Positions 37,159 to 46,740 of a stretch of DNA of 51,676 nt are shown here, one piece after another. Both the position numbers and the translations under genes were made by a program. The notes beneath the pieces are model-generated. The model was not told where the DNA came from. It saw only the letters and a program-made list of their open reading frames with translations, and did no database searches. How positions within the stretch are numbered: position 1 is the stretch's first letter; each line of letters starts with the position of its first letter. Origin of the DNA: Gammaproteobacteria bacterium (GTDB lineage: Bacteria; Pseudomonadota; Gammaproteobacteria; Arenicellales; JAJDZL01); the NCBI GenBank assembly GCA_022824665.1, contig JAJDZL010000014.1, positions 1 to 51,676 on the forward strand. The letters run 5' to 3'.

Positions 37159-37281
37159 AATACTGAAACTTCAAGACCCAAATGAGTCAATCATTCGAGC
37201 CTTGAGTCCCAAATGGAGACAAATGAGCTTTAATCAATTAGACATGTTGCCGGTACTTTAGTTTCACGGTTTGATGGTTTT

Positions 37282-40200
37282 CTAATGAAAATTTCGCGAT
37301 TTGAATTTGTTCCACAAAAGCAGGTCAACCGGCTCCCATACGTGATCAACAATCAGATGCACAACGTTGTTGGCAACCTGTAACTTACCCTCAATTCCCA
37401 ACAGCGAGAGTGTTTTCGCGAGCGTTGAATAGCGCTCAAAACACTGTGGCCAGAAAACCGCATTGACGAACCCTGTTTCATCTTCGAGCGTCATGAAGAC
37501 CACACTGGATGCACTGGCTGGTCTTTGCCTGCAGATAACAGCACCGACGTACCGCACCCTGCAGCCGTCCGGCATCTGGCTGACTGTTCTGGCACTTGGC
37601 AGACCCCGGGCATGCAACTGTTCCCGATAGTGCATCAGCATATGACCGCGGCTGCTCACCCCGGTGCTCTGATAATCCCAGGCAGTTGACTGTTCAGCAC
37701 TTAAGGTTTCAAATTCGACCGGATGTTTGGGTGTGGTGACAAGGTCCTGCTGAGCACTGACGCCATGGGCTTCCCACAGGGCTGTTCTTCGATTGGCCGA
37801 CAGTCCTCTGAGGGCGCCCGCCTCGGCGAGTTTTCGAACGGCTGCTTTGGATACCCCGGTTTTATGTGTGAAGTCCTGAACAGATTGAAAATCACTGGAT
37901 ATCGCTTCGATCGCCTGCAGGTCTTTGTCGCTGATTCCCTTGACATAATGAAGCCCTACTCGCATGGCGTAGCTGCCAACACTTTCAGAACACGGCTCCA
38001 AGGTACAGTCGCGCTGACTGAAACGCAAGTCAACCGGACGGATTCTGACACCGTGCCGGCGCGCATCTTCAATGATGGTGGACGGAGAGTAAAACCCCAT
38101 CGGCTGTGAATTCAAAAGCGAGCATGCGAACTCGGCAGGGTAGTGACACTTGAGCCAGGCCGCCGCATAAGCGATCAAGGCAAAACTGGCCGAATGAGAT
38201 TCCGGAAAGCCGTACTCACCAAATCCTCGAATCTGGTCGAACACCTGTTCGGCGAATTTTTGCGCAATGCCCTTTGCCATCATACGTTGAATCAGTTTTT
38301 CCCGGTGCCGTTCAAGGCGGTCGGCTCTGCGCCAGGCAGCCATGTCGCGCCGTAGCTGATCAGCTTCACCGGGCTGATAATCAGCTGCCACCATAGCCAG
38401 TTTTATCACCTGTTCCTGAAAAATGGGGATGCCGAGCGTTTTACCCAGAACGGAAACCAGCGAGGGGTGCGGATAGGTCACCGGTTCTTCACCGCTGCGT
38501 CTTCTGAGGTACGGGTGTACCATCCCGCCTGAAATCGGTCCGGGCCGAACGATCGCAATCTGCACAACCAGGTCATACCACTTTTCTGGCTTCAGCCTGG
38601 GCAGCATGCTCATTTGTGCGCGGCTTTCGATTTGAAAAACACCAGTCGTATCGGCCTTGTGCAGCATCGCGAAAACCTGTGCATCATCTTTTGGGATCGA
38701 ACTCATGTCCAACTCAATGCCACGATGATGCGAAATCATATCGAAGCACCGATGCAGTTGCGTGAGTGCGCCCAGCCCCAGCAGGTCAACTTTGAAAATC
38801 TTCATAGCCTGAATATCATCTTTCTCCCACTGAATCACGGTGCGGTTGGGCATGGTGGTATTTTCGACCGGCACCATTTCAGCGATGTTGCCGACGGAAA
38901 ATACAAAGCCGCCCGGATGGATCGACAGGTGGCGTGGAAAATCAATGATTGAATTGGCGAGCGTCATCAGCAGCCGGTACTTGTGAATCGAGGGGTCAAT
39001 CCCGGCTTTGACAAAGTCGGTTTCCTGCACTTGTGCGTGTGAATTGATTTGCTTGGAGAGTCGCTGCAGTTCAAGCTCCGGGAGCTCCAGTACTGCACCG
39101 ACATCGCGCAGTGCAGAGCGGCTGCGATACCGAATGACTACGGCAACCATCGCCGCGTAGTCCCTTCCATAATTCGAGTAGACATGCTGAATAACCTCTT
39201 CGCGCCGTTCGTGTTCGATATCGAGATCGATATCCGGTGGTTCGTTGCGTTCCCGGGACAAAAAACGTTCGAACAGAAGGTCCATGCTGACCGGATCAAT
39301 ATTCGTAATTCCCAGGCAGAAGCAGACGGCAGAATTCGCCGCTGAACCGCGTCCCTGACAGAGGATATTTTGCTGCTTGCACCAGTTGACAATACGCTGC
39401 ATGGTGAGAAAATAGCTGCCATATCGCAACTCTTCAATCAGCTTGAGTTCGCGTTCGAGCTGCCGGCTGACAGCTTGAGGTATGTTACCTGAGTAGCGCT
39501 TGAGTGCGCCGCTCAGGGTTGCCTCGCGCAGTGATTCAGCGACCGTCATCCCGTTGTCATTGGGTTCGTCCGGATAAACGTAGCGAAGCTCATCGAGTCG
39601 AAAACTGCAGTTCTCCGCAATCTGTTCAGTTGCCTCAACTGACGGCAGATCATCGGCAAACATACGGATAAAGTCGCCTGGTCCGATCAGCTTGTGCAGT
39701 GCATTGGGCTTGAGCAGGTTTTCGCAGGTTGTAAAACTTCGCTTGAGTCGGATGCAGCTGATGAGATCCTGTACCGGCCTTTGGCTGGTACAGTGATACA
39801 GGGTTTCCAGGGCTGCAACAGTACGAATGCCGTATTTTTTTGCTGTTTTTCTGGATTGGATTTCGAGCAAGGGGTCGCGGGGCTCCCGATGACGGCAGAC
39901 CATGATAAAAAGCCGCGCCCCAAAGGCCTGTTTCATCATGTCGAAAATATCATCTGTCGGGTATTCGTTGAGTATCGCATGGTTTTGTGGGGGCCATAGC
40001 GCATACAGTCCCCGGGCGTGAAGACACAGCTCCTGGAACATAACTGTGCTTTTGCCTTTTTCGCATCTTCGTCGACCGATTGTGATCAGTTTGCAAAGGT
40101 TCGCATAGCCCGTGGAGTTTTGAGCCAACAGTACAACACTGAAAGTCGGCCAGTCTGGTTCTGAGATGGTCAGCTCGGAGCCGATGATGAGATGGATGTT

Positions 40201-40383
40201 GTGTTCCAGTGCTGCCAGGTGGGCCTTGACGACCCCGTAGACTCCATCCCGGTCGGTCAGTGCGATGGCTCTTAGACCTAGCTCGGCCGCCCTGCCCACA
40301 TATTGTTCGGGAAAGCTCGCGCCTTCAAGGAATGAGTAGTTGCTCTTGCACCACAAGGGGGTATATAGAACAGGGGGAGGCAT
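37282..40383 (-). CDS. dnaE2: Error-prone DNA polymerase III alpha-like subunit
   Basis: About 1033 aa with a PHP-domain N-terminus (YTPLWCKSNYSFLEGAS). It is the last gene of the imuA-imuB-dnaE2 cassette. The ATG at 40383 lies 2 nt after the imuB stop. Confidence 0.9.
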   Translation of the reverse strand: MPPPVLYTPLWCKSNYSFLEGASFPEQYVGRAAELGLRAIALTDRDGVYGVVKAHLAALEHNIHLIIGSELTISEPDWPTFSVVLLAQNSTGYANLCKLITIGRRRCEKGKSTVMFQELCLHARGLYALWPPQNHAILNEYPTDDIFDMMKQAFGARLFIMVCRHREPRDPLLEIQSRKTAKKYGIRTVAALETLYHCTSQRPVQDLISCIRLKRSFTTCENLLKPNALHKLIGPGDFIRMFADDLPSVEATEQIAENCSFRLDELRYVYPDEPNDNGMTVAESLREATLSGALKRYSGNIPQAVSRQLERELKLIEELRYGSYFLTMQRIVNWCKQQNILCQGRGSAANSAVCFCLGITNIDPVSMDLLFERFLSRERNEPPDIDLDIEHERREEVIQHVYSNYGRDYAAMVAVVIRYRSRSALRDVGAVLELPELELQRLSKQINSHAQVQETDFVKAGIDPSIHKYRLLMTLANSIIDFPRHLSIHPGGFVFSVGNIAEMVPVENTTMPNRTVIQWEKDDIQAMKIFKVDLLGLGALTQLHRCFDMISHHRGIELDMSSIPKDDAQVFAMLHKADTTGVFQIESRAQMSMLPRLKPEKWYDLVVQIAIVRPGPISGGMVHPYLRRRSGEEPVTYPHPSLVSVLGKTLGIPIFQEQVIKLAMVAADYQPGEADQLRRDMAAWRRADRLERHREKLIQRMMAKGIAQKFAEQVFDQIRGFGEYGFPESHSASFALIAYAAAWLKCHYPAEFACSLLNSQPMGFYSPSTIIEDARRHGVRIRPVDLRFSQRDCTLEPCSESVGSYAMRVGLHYVKGISDKDLQAIEAISSDFQSVQDFTHKTGVSKAAVRKLAEAGALRGLSANRRTALWEAHGVSAQQDLVTTPKHPVEFETLSAEQSTAWDYQSTGVSSRGHMLMHYREQLHARGLPSARTVSQMPDGCRVRYVGAVICRQRPASASSVVFMTLEDETGFVNAVFWPQCFERYSTLAKTLSLLGIEGKLQVANNVVHLIVDHVWEPVDLLLWNKFKSRNFH

Positions 40384-40385
40384 GG

Positions 40386-41864
40386 TTACTGGATAAATCC
40401 CTGTGCATACCACGCGCGGCTGTTTTTGTCATAAAAAATCCATTGTGCATCGCCTGAGCCGGTTTCCACGAAATAATCATTACGCTGCACACTGTTCGTT
40501 CGCCACCAGAAGCCGGATGTTGTATAGGGCCCGAGAATTCGCTGCGCTGCGGTTTGTTCTGGCGTCGGTACGCGACGCGGCTGATCCAAAAAGCGGCGCA
40601 TCATGGAAGTGTGAACCTGCTGCCCCGGTGTGCTGGCTTGCAGCTGGTCAAAGTCCTCCCATTCAAAGGCGTCATGCGGCAGGTGCGCCTTGTGACATTT
40701 TGCCTTGAGAACCCGGCCGGTGCCGAATTCTGCAAGTACGCGGGCGATGGCGCGATTGGCCTTTAAAATGCTCTCATCAGACTTGACCAGAGCCGGGTGA
40801 AGGTTAAGCTGAGGGTCGGGCAATGCTCCGGGGATAAGGTGAACTGTCAGACCCGTGATACCTTCATCAAGTTTGATTGTGTGACAACGAAGCCGCACCA
40901 GGTCAGTGAGCGTTGGCATCGCCAGGGTCGGCTTGGCCGCTTGTATTTTCTCATCAAAAGTGCCGCCATAATCCCTGGCAAGGCGAATGCATATTGCGCT
41001 GACCCCCTGTCCCTGTAATTCGGTTTTCATCCTTTCCAGCAGGGGCGCGGACAACTTTACAATGACGTTGACAAGGCGTTCTGCATCATTTTCCGTATGC
41101 TCAAATTCCGCCCGGGCTGCATAAGGTTCCGGGAACTTGATGCCGCGCACCTGACCATCGCGTTCCTTTGCTTTTCGTACCAGATCAAACATCGGCTCAG
41201 CGAATCGGGAACGCACCTCCCAGTCGGGTAGCGCCATGAGGTCGCCGACGGTGAGAATGTTCAGCTTTTCGAGCTCTCGAAGCGGTCTTGCGGTCAGGTC
41301 GAGTTTTTTAAGCGGTGTCGAGCAGGCTGCATTGTGTTCGATTTCAACAGTTGAAAAAAGTGTGACACCTTTCGCTAAGGCGGCACTCGTGCGGGTGCCA
41401 AAGCGGGTAAAGCCGATGACAATGGCTGTTTGAAGGTGCTGTTCTTTCAGCAGGGCATCTTGCAGGCGCTGTCCCCAGGCGCAAAGGTCGGGCTCCAGGC
41501 GCGTCATGCCACTGACATCAAGGTAATAAGCACCGAAAAGTTCAGCAACAGGCTCGACAGCCGGGCTGAACAGACCAAGCTGTGTAATGATTCGCCTGTG
41601 AATCTGGTTGATCTGCCCTGAATGCGGGCAGGCTGCGTGCAACTGGGGACAAAGACCAATGGCATTGGCATAAGACAGTCCGGGATAAATGCCCTTTGCT
41701 GCAGCCCGCTCATCAACCGCCATCACGATTGCGCGGCTGTCACTGCGGTCAACCAGCGCAACAGGCGCCCGGAAATCCTGGGGCAGATTGTGAAGTGACA
41801 GTTGCAGCAGAAAATCCGGCACGTAGACACAGGCAATTCGGTTTGTTTGCGGCGTATGGGTCAT
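40386..41864 (-). CDS. imuB: Y-family polymerase-like protein ImuB
   Basis: About 492 aa with N-terminus MTHTPQTNRIACVYVPDFLLQ, typical of ImuB. The ATG at 41864 lies 17 nt downstream of the imuA stop, and the longer ORF to 42032 overlaps imuA. Confidence 0.8.
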   Translation of the reverse strand: MTHTPQTNRIACVYVPDFLLQLSLHNLPQDFRAPVALVDRSDSRAIVMAVDERAAAKGIYPGLSYANAIGLCPQLHAACPHSGQINQIHRRIITQLGLFSPAVEPVAELFGAYYLDVSGMTRLEPDLCAWGQRLQDALLKEQHLQTAIVIGFTRFGTRTSAALAKGVTLFSTVEIEHNAACSTPLKKLDLTARPLRELEKLNILTVGDLMALPDWEVRSRFAEPMFDLVRKAKERDGQVRGIKFPEPYAARAEFEHTENDAERLVNVIVKLSAPLLERMKTELQGQGVSAICIRLARDYGGTFDEKIQAAKPTLAMPTLTDLVRLRCHTIKLDEGITGLTVHLIPGALPDPQLNLHPALVKSDESILKANRAIARVLAEFGTGRVLKAKCHKAHLPHDAFEWEDFDQLQASTPGQQVHTSMMRRFLDQPRRVPTPEQTAAQRILGPYTTSGFWWRTNSVQRNDYFVETGSGDAQWIFYDKNSRAWYAQGFIQ

Positions 41865-41880
41865 CGTGATACTTCGCGCA

Positions 41881-42495
41881 TCAGTAGTATCCCCCGATAC
41901 CGGCAAGGTGTGTGCTCCAGTGCCAGTTACCCCCGCGCCGCTTGTCGCGCAGAACATGGATTTCGCACAGAAATTCATCAGCCCTGATACGTTTTCGAGT
42001 CGTGTGGGCGCGCAGTGAAACGAGCGATCCAAGCGAGGGCGCGCTAAGCGTTTTATGCGTCAGGAAAAGCGCGCAGGCATCGTGTTTGCGGGCGAGCGCG
42101 TGAAGTTGCGAGAGCCTGGCGGCTGCCAGCGTATGCCTTTCTCCAAGGTCGAGTATGACCAGTCGAAACGCGCCGCTTCGCAACAGTATCTCAGCCACTC
42201 TCCCGGTGTGCTGCATGTCGAGCATGCGCGACACCGGCAGATTGTCAAGATCAATGCCGTTTTTTTCAGCGTCAGGCGGATAGAAAACACTGTCGAGTGT
42301 TCCGACCCAGGCTGCGCACTCGCCGAGTGCCTGTGCTTCCCGTACCAGTAAAAATGCAAAGCTCAGTGCCGCAATTGGCCGGGGCTCTGAGACTTCGACC
42401 AGTCTGCCGGATACCTCCTGCAGGTTCCACTTTGGCTGTTCAGTCAGGATTGGCTGAGGCAGCTCAGAGAGTGTTTGCAGCGCAAGCTCAGCCAT
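41881..42495 (-). CDS. imuA: SulA/RecA-fold-like protein ImuA
   Basis: 204-aa ORF in the conserved position between lexA and imuB. It overlaps the lexA stop by 8 nt. Confidence 0.75.
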   Translation of the reverse strand: MAELALQTLSELPQPILTEQPKWNLQEVSGRLVEVSEPRPIAALSFAFLLVREAQALGECAAWVGTLDSVFYPPDAEKNGIDLDNLPVSRMLDMQHTGRVAEILLRSGAFRLVILDLGERHTLAAARLSQLHALARKHDACALFLTHKTLSAPSLGSLVSLRAHTTRKRIRADEFLCEIHVLRDKRRGGNWHWSTHLAGIGGYY

Positions 42496-43123
42496 TCAAT
42501 TGTTCTCCGATCAGGCTGATGCCTTCGAGGTAGCGCCGCACCTCAATTACCTTACCGACAATCGTGAGATCTTCGGGGGCGGGTGAAAGAATTGGGTAGG
42601 CGGTGTTCCGAGGCTGCAGCTGTACCTGGCCGTTGGCGCGGCGAAACTCCTTGACAGTTGTTTCGCCGTCGACCATTGCAACGACAATGTCGCCTGGATG
42701 AATTTCAGAGCTGGTGCGCACCAGCACGATATCTCCATCCATAATGCCTGCATCGGTCATGCTGTCGCCACTGACACGCAGTCCGAAGATGGTGTGCTCT
42801 TCAGTACTGGACTGAACCGGGATGTATCCTTCAATATCCTCAATGGCAATGTTAAAAGGTCCTGCCGGAACACGGCCAATGATGGGCGCCAGCTGGCTTG
42901 AGTGAATAGCTGCGGGCAGCCTGTAGCCGCGGGATTTACCGGGCACCTTGATCAGGCGGCCTTCCTTGACCAGCGCATCAAGGTGGCTTTTTGCAGACTG
43001 CACTGCCCGCATATGAAAGGCCGCCTGCACCTCACGCACGGTTGGCGGCTCACCGTCCAGGAGTCGTTTGCGCACAAACTGGTAAATTCGGTTGCGTGTT
43101 ACGCCAGGTTTTGTATATGCCAT
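42488..43123 (-). CDS. lexA: LexA repressor (cassette-associated)
   Basis: About 211 aa from the ATG at 43123, with an N-terminal wHTH, an Ala-Gly cleavage site (GRVPAGPF), catalytic Ser (SGDSM) and Lys (TTVKEF). Confidence 0.88.
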   Translation of the reverse strand: MAYTKPGVTRNRIYQFVRKRLLDGEPPTVREVQAAFHMRAVQSAKSHLDALVKEGRLIKVPGKSRGYRLPAAIHSSQLAPIIGRVPAGPFNIAIEDIEGYIPVQSSTEEHTIFGLRVSGDSMTDAGIMDGDIVLVRTSSEIHPGDIVVAMVDGETTVKEFRRANGQVQLQPRNTAYPILSPAPEDLTIVGKVIEVRRYLEGISLIGEQLNG

Positions 43124-43149
43124 ATTCGTGAACCAGGTTTGTTGTATTT

Positions 43150-43165
43150 CAGAATATGATAACAG
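43150..43165 (-). promoter_or_regulatory. Candidate degenerate SOS box upstream of lexA
   Basis: The minus strand reads CTGTTATCATATTCTG against the consensus CTGT-N8-ACAG. The right half-site has two mismatches. It lies about 27 nt upstream of the lexA ATG. Confidence 0.25.
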
Positions 43166-43288
43166 ACAAAAGTATGTTTTAAAAATTTTGTTTTGCGCGT
43201 GCTGACAGGCATCGGGTGACGCCTGGATCAATGCTGATAAGGGTGGGGTGAGTATTCGAGCGCCTGTTGGCGCTGTGGTACAAGCGGA

Positions 43289-43640
43289 TTAAGCCAGCCA
43301 GTGTTCCACTGGATTTGAAAGAAATCGGCTGACGCTGATGCCCTGGTCACCAATCAGCAGGACGCGCTCTGGGTTGAAAGCGGCAGAAAAAGCGCTGATG
43401 CCGGGGAGAGTGTTTCGGGTACGGCCACTTTTGACTTCGATTGCAACCAGGCTTGATCGCGTTTCGACGATGAAATCGACTTCCCGGTTATTTTCCCGCC
43501 AGTAGCTTAGCTTGATTTTTCCGCCTGCTGCACAGCATTGGCCAGATGTGCGCCAACGGCTGATTCCACCAGGCGTCCCCTGAATGAAGGATCATTCAGT
43601 ATGGTTGTCAACCATTCTATACAAGCCCCATGGGCTAAAA
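43289..43640 (-). pseudogene. Truncated, frameshifted remnant of an AAA+/DUF4143-type ATPase (C-terminal about 115 aa only)
   Basis: The minus strand translates as ..ILNDPSFRGRLVESAVGAHLANAVQQAEK. A frameshift in an A5 run (T-run at 43516-43520) is then followed by IKLSYWRENNREVDFIVETRSSLVAIEVKSGRT...HWLA and a stop. This matches the C-terminal E-V-D-F...E-V-K module of the three intact ATPases downstream. No P-loop region is present. Confidence 0.7.
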
Positions 43641-43680
43641 TAAATCCAGGTCAGTGAAAGTTACAGGGGGGAGACAGGTT

Positions 43681-44145
43681 GTGAGTGATTCGAGTTTAGC
43701 CAGTGCGGGGTTGCGTACGACTCTCCCTCGCAGATTAATTCTGAATATCCTGGAGAATTCTCCGGAACGGCACTTGGGCGCGGAAGATATATATCGAGCC
43801 CTGCATGAAGCAGGTGAGGAAGTAGGCATTGCAACCGTTTACCGGGTGCTGACGCAGTTCGAACAGTCCGGTATCGTTCTCAGACACCGGTTTGATGGGG
43901 ACAAAGCATTCTACGAGCTGAATGATGAAGATCATCACGACCACATGGTTTGCATTGAGTGCGGCCGAGTCTATGAATTTATTGATGAAGCGATCGAGCA
44001 GCGCCAGCGGGAAGTAGCCGATGCAGCGGGATTCGTGCTGCAGGACCATTCACTGCATTTGTATGGTGTATGTGAAGGAATGAAAACCACCGGCAAGTGT
44101 TCGATGCCGAAAGAAGGGGCCGCTGAGATTTATCAGGTAGAGTAA
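43681..44145 (+). CDS. fur: Ferric uptake regulator
   Basis: Aligns by eye with E. coli Fur (LPRRLILNIL.., GIATVYRVLTQF, HHDHMVCIECG, HSLHLYGVC). A GTG start at 43681 with GGAGA upstream is preferred; the ORF track start at 43654 is also GTG. Confidence 0.9.
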   Translation: MSDSSLASAGLRTTLPRRLILNILENSPERHLGAEDIYRALHEAGEEVGIATVYRVLTQFEQSGIVLRHRFDGDKAFYELNDEDHHDHMVCIECGRVYEFIDEAIEQRQREVADAAGFVLQDHSLHLYGVCEGMKTTGKCSMPKEGAAEIYQVE

Positions 44146-44293
44146 GACTGATTGAAAAAAGTCGTGCAGCCGAGACCGAATTTCGGATGTCTTTGTTGAT
44201 CAATCCAGGTTCGAATTATCTTTCGCCTGCTGGAGTTTCGTCGGCTTCTTGTGAACAATCTTAAGGTTGACGGGAATGTCAGCTGTCGAGCAG

Positions 44294-44797
44294 TTACTGG
44301 ACCAATTCGACCATGTAATCGACGGCTGCCTTGACCTCCTCATCGGATAGCAGCAGATTGCCACCTTTGGGCGGCATGATTCCTGTAGAGCCTTGGAATC
44401 CCTGAATGGAGTTGGTATAAAGCACTTCCAGACCTTTTTCGATTCTTGGCTGCCAGTTGTTTACATCGCCTGGTTTTGGAGCACCCGTGACACCGGTCGC
44501 GTGGCAAATAAAGCAAGCCTTGTCATAAACGCTTTTTCCGAGGTCACCTTCGGCGGTAGCAACCTGAACCGGCTGCTCGGTCGCAGCAGGCTCGTCAATT
44601 TCTCCAACATTCAGTGTGCCGACCGGTTCGGTTCGGCTTGCAATGACGCGCTGTGTATACTCTTCCGATTGCGCGTTGAGTTTGTCATCAATTGAACCAC
44701 CGATTACAACTCCTAAAGCGATCAAAACTACTGTCAAGACCACCAGGAAAGCAACCATCTTGGCAAATGTCCTTGCAAACTGACTGTCAGTCATCAT
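44294..44797 (-). CDS. Membrane-anchored cytochrome c5-family protein
   Basis: 167-aa ORF with an N-terminal TM helix, a CFICH haem-binding motif and a distal Met region. Confidence 0.8.
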   Translation of the reverse strand: MMTDSQFARTFAKMVAFLVVLTVVLIALGVVIGGSIDDKLNAQSEEYTQRVIASRTEPVGTLNVGEIDEPAATEQPVQVATAEGDLGKSVYDKACFICHATGVTGAPKPGDVNNWQPRIEKGLEVLYTNSIQGFQGSTGIMPPKGGNLLLSDEEVKAAVDYMVELVQ

Positions 44798-45349
44798 GGT
44801 ATGTTGTCTACCCTATTTCTTGAATTGTGATTGCTGTCAGCTGGAATCAGGACAGCATATTTGTTTGAATCCCGACGGGCGAAGAGATATTCAAACTGAT
44901 TCGTTGAATAATACCACATCGTCAACCGCGCAATATTTTACTACTTGCAGGTGGGGATTGGTCAGGCGATTTGCAGACTGTACCGATGATACGGAAGTTA
45001 CCTGGTTTCAAGTGGAGCGATCGAGTTGTTCAACGTATAGAACAATTTGTGTCACTCACGCTGCACATGTTGCATAAAATGCAACCGCTTCATCCGAATT
45101 TAGTGACCTCAATTGGCAGCTAAATCAGTGCATCAACCTCATCCATGATGGATAATGCTCGACCACTCGGATTAAGCGGGAAGAACCAAAAACAATACAC
45201 GGATACGTTGGAGCGGGGCGTGGTGTTTATGTTGCGCGACGAAAGACAAGTGCGGACCAAATTTTCGACGAAAGGCAGACTTGCCTGGATGTAACGGCTC
45301 TGCGCAGGATTGCAATAGCCTTTGATCAATATCAGATAGGACGCCGATT

Positions 45350-46687
45350 ATGAGCTCTATTCGATTGAATTACTTTCTTGACTCTGTAGCTGACGCAGGG
45401 ATGGAATTATTGCGCGGGCGCATTTATTCCAACCGGGGCAGGCGCAAGTCGGCAGCAAAACTTTGTCATGAATTACTGTCGACGCTGGGTGAAGCGTCGG
45501 GCACAGCCATCGCACGTGATATTGTTGACCGATTCAGTGCTATGGGTGAGGCCGAGCGGTTGGCTTTTTTTATCGCATTGAAAGAACAGTTTGATGTCGA
45601 CCGTAAGTCGCTGCTTAGTGCCGCCAAGAATTTTTGTGATCAAAAGGACGATGCATCGCTGGCCGAGCTGGCCAGGCTGGTTGAATCTGAGCGGCTGGAG
45701 CTCTTTCGACGAATCAATATGGCACCTGGCGGAACCCGCACGATTGTTGAGATGCGTCGTCAAGTGCTGCGGCTGAGCAAGGACCACCCGGAATTGCGGG
45801 CGATTGACGCTGATTTAAAACACCTGTTATCGTCCTGGTTCAATCGCGGATTTCTTGAGATGGAAAGAATTGACTGGGAGACTCCGGCAATCATTCTCGA
45901 AAAACTGATTGAGAATGAATCGGTCCACGAAATGCAGGGCTGGAACGATTTACGCGGCCGGCTTGCAGCTGACCGAAGATGCTTTGCTTTTTTCCATCGT
46001 GCGCTGCCCAATGAGCCCTTGATATTTGTTGAGGTGGCGCTTGTCAATGGTCTATCCGAATCAATCAGTCCGATCATTGATGATCAGCGGGAGATTTCCA
46101 ATCCGTTTAAGGCGGATACCGCAATTTTTTATTCAATTAATAACTGCTTGGAAGGATTGCAGGGCATCTCATTCGGCAATTTTCTAATCAAGCAAGTGGT
46201 TCAGGATTTGTCCCAGGAGTTTCCCAATCTCAAGCGGTATGCGACCCTGTCTCCGATTCCTGGATTCTGCAAGTGGCTAAAGAGTGCATTAAACGATCCG
46301 CAAAAACATGCAATCTCAAGGAGTCAGGTTAACACGCTTGCCGCCCTGGATTCGAATGCATGGCTGAAGGATCCTGAACTTGTCAAATCATTGAAGCCCC
46401 TGCTACTGAGGCTGGCAGCGCATTACTTTATCAATGTAAAGAGAAAGATCAGACCACTGGATCCGGTCGCACGATTTCACCTTAGAAACGGTGCAAAACT
46501 GGAACGCGTTAACTGGCTTGGAGATTGTTCACGAAACGGTATGCGGCAATCTGCTGGCATGCTGGCAAACTACGTGTATTCTCCAGATACCATTGTCGAG
46601 AATCATGAGCGTTATGTGAAAGACAATGTGCTGGCGGTTTCCAGGGATGTCATTGATTTGATACCGCGCAGATTGCGTAAGACCTGA
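45350..46687 (+). CDS. Malonyl-CoA decarboxylase family protein
   Basis: 445-aa ORF. The segment FYSINNCLEGLQGISFGNFLIKQVVQDL closely parallels the conserved MCD catalytic motif. Confidence 0.8.
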   Translation: MSSIRLNYFLDSVADAGMELLRGRIYSNRGRRKSAAKLCHELLSTLGEASGTAIARDIVDRFSAMGEAERLAFFIALKEQFDVDRKSLLSAAKNFCDQKDDASLAELARLVESERLELFRRINMAPGGTRTIVEMRRQVLRLSKDHPELRAIDADLKHLLSSWFNRGFLEMERIDWETPAIILEKLIENESVHEMQGWNDLRGRLAADRRCFAFFHRALPNEPLIFVEVALVNGLSESISPIIDDQREISNPFKADTAIFYSINNCLEGLQGISFGNFLIKQVVQDLSQEFPNLKRYATLSPIPGFCKWLKSALNDPQKHAISRSQVNTLAALDSNAWLKDPELVKSLKPLLLRLAAHYFINVKRKIRPLDPVARFHLRNGAKLERVNWLGDCSRNGMRQSAGMLANYVYSPDTIVENHERYVKDNVLAVSRDVIDLIPRRLRKT

Positions 46688-46712
46688 TCAATTCTGGATT
46701 ATCGGACGTACA

Positions 46713-46740
46713 CCCGCGTTGCGATTCGCGGGCATTTGCT
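46713..46740 (+). terminator. Possible terminator after the malonyl-CoA decarboxylase gene
   Basis: Stem CCCGCG (46713-18) / CGCGGG (46727-32) with an 8-nt loop, followed by CATTTGCT. The T-tract is weak. Confidence 0.35.

Noticed and set aside
44208-44216. GGTTCGAAT, a tRNA T-loop-like sequence, in the fur / cytochrome c5 spacer.
   Set aside because: The flanking bases (CCAGG / TATCT) cannot form a T-stem, and no acceptor or anticodon arms are evident. It is not a tRNA.
45069-45085. The palindrome GTTGCAT-AAA-ATGCAAC in the cytochrome c5 / malonyl-CoA decarboxylase divergent spacer. Smaller hairpins lie at about 44838-44861 and 44865-44896.
   Set aside because: It could be a regulator site for the decarboxylase gene, but it occurs only once. 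I cannot link it to any known operator consensus, and there is no Fur-box-like match either. There is insufficient evidence to call it.
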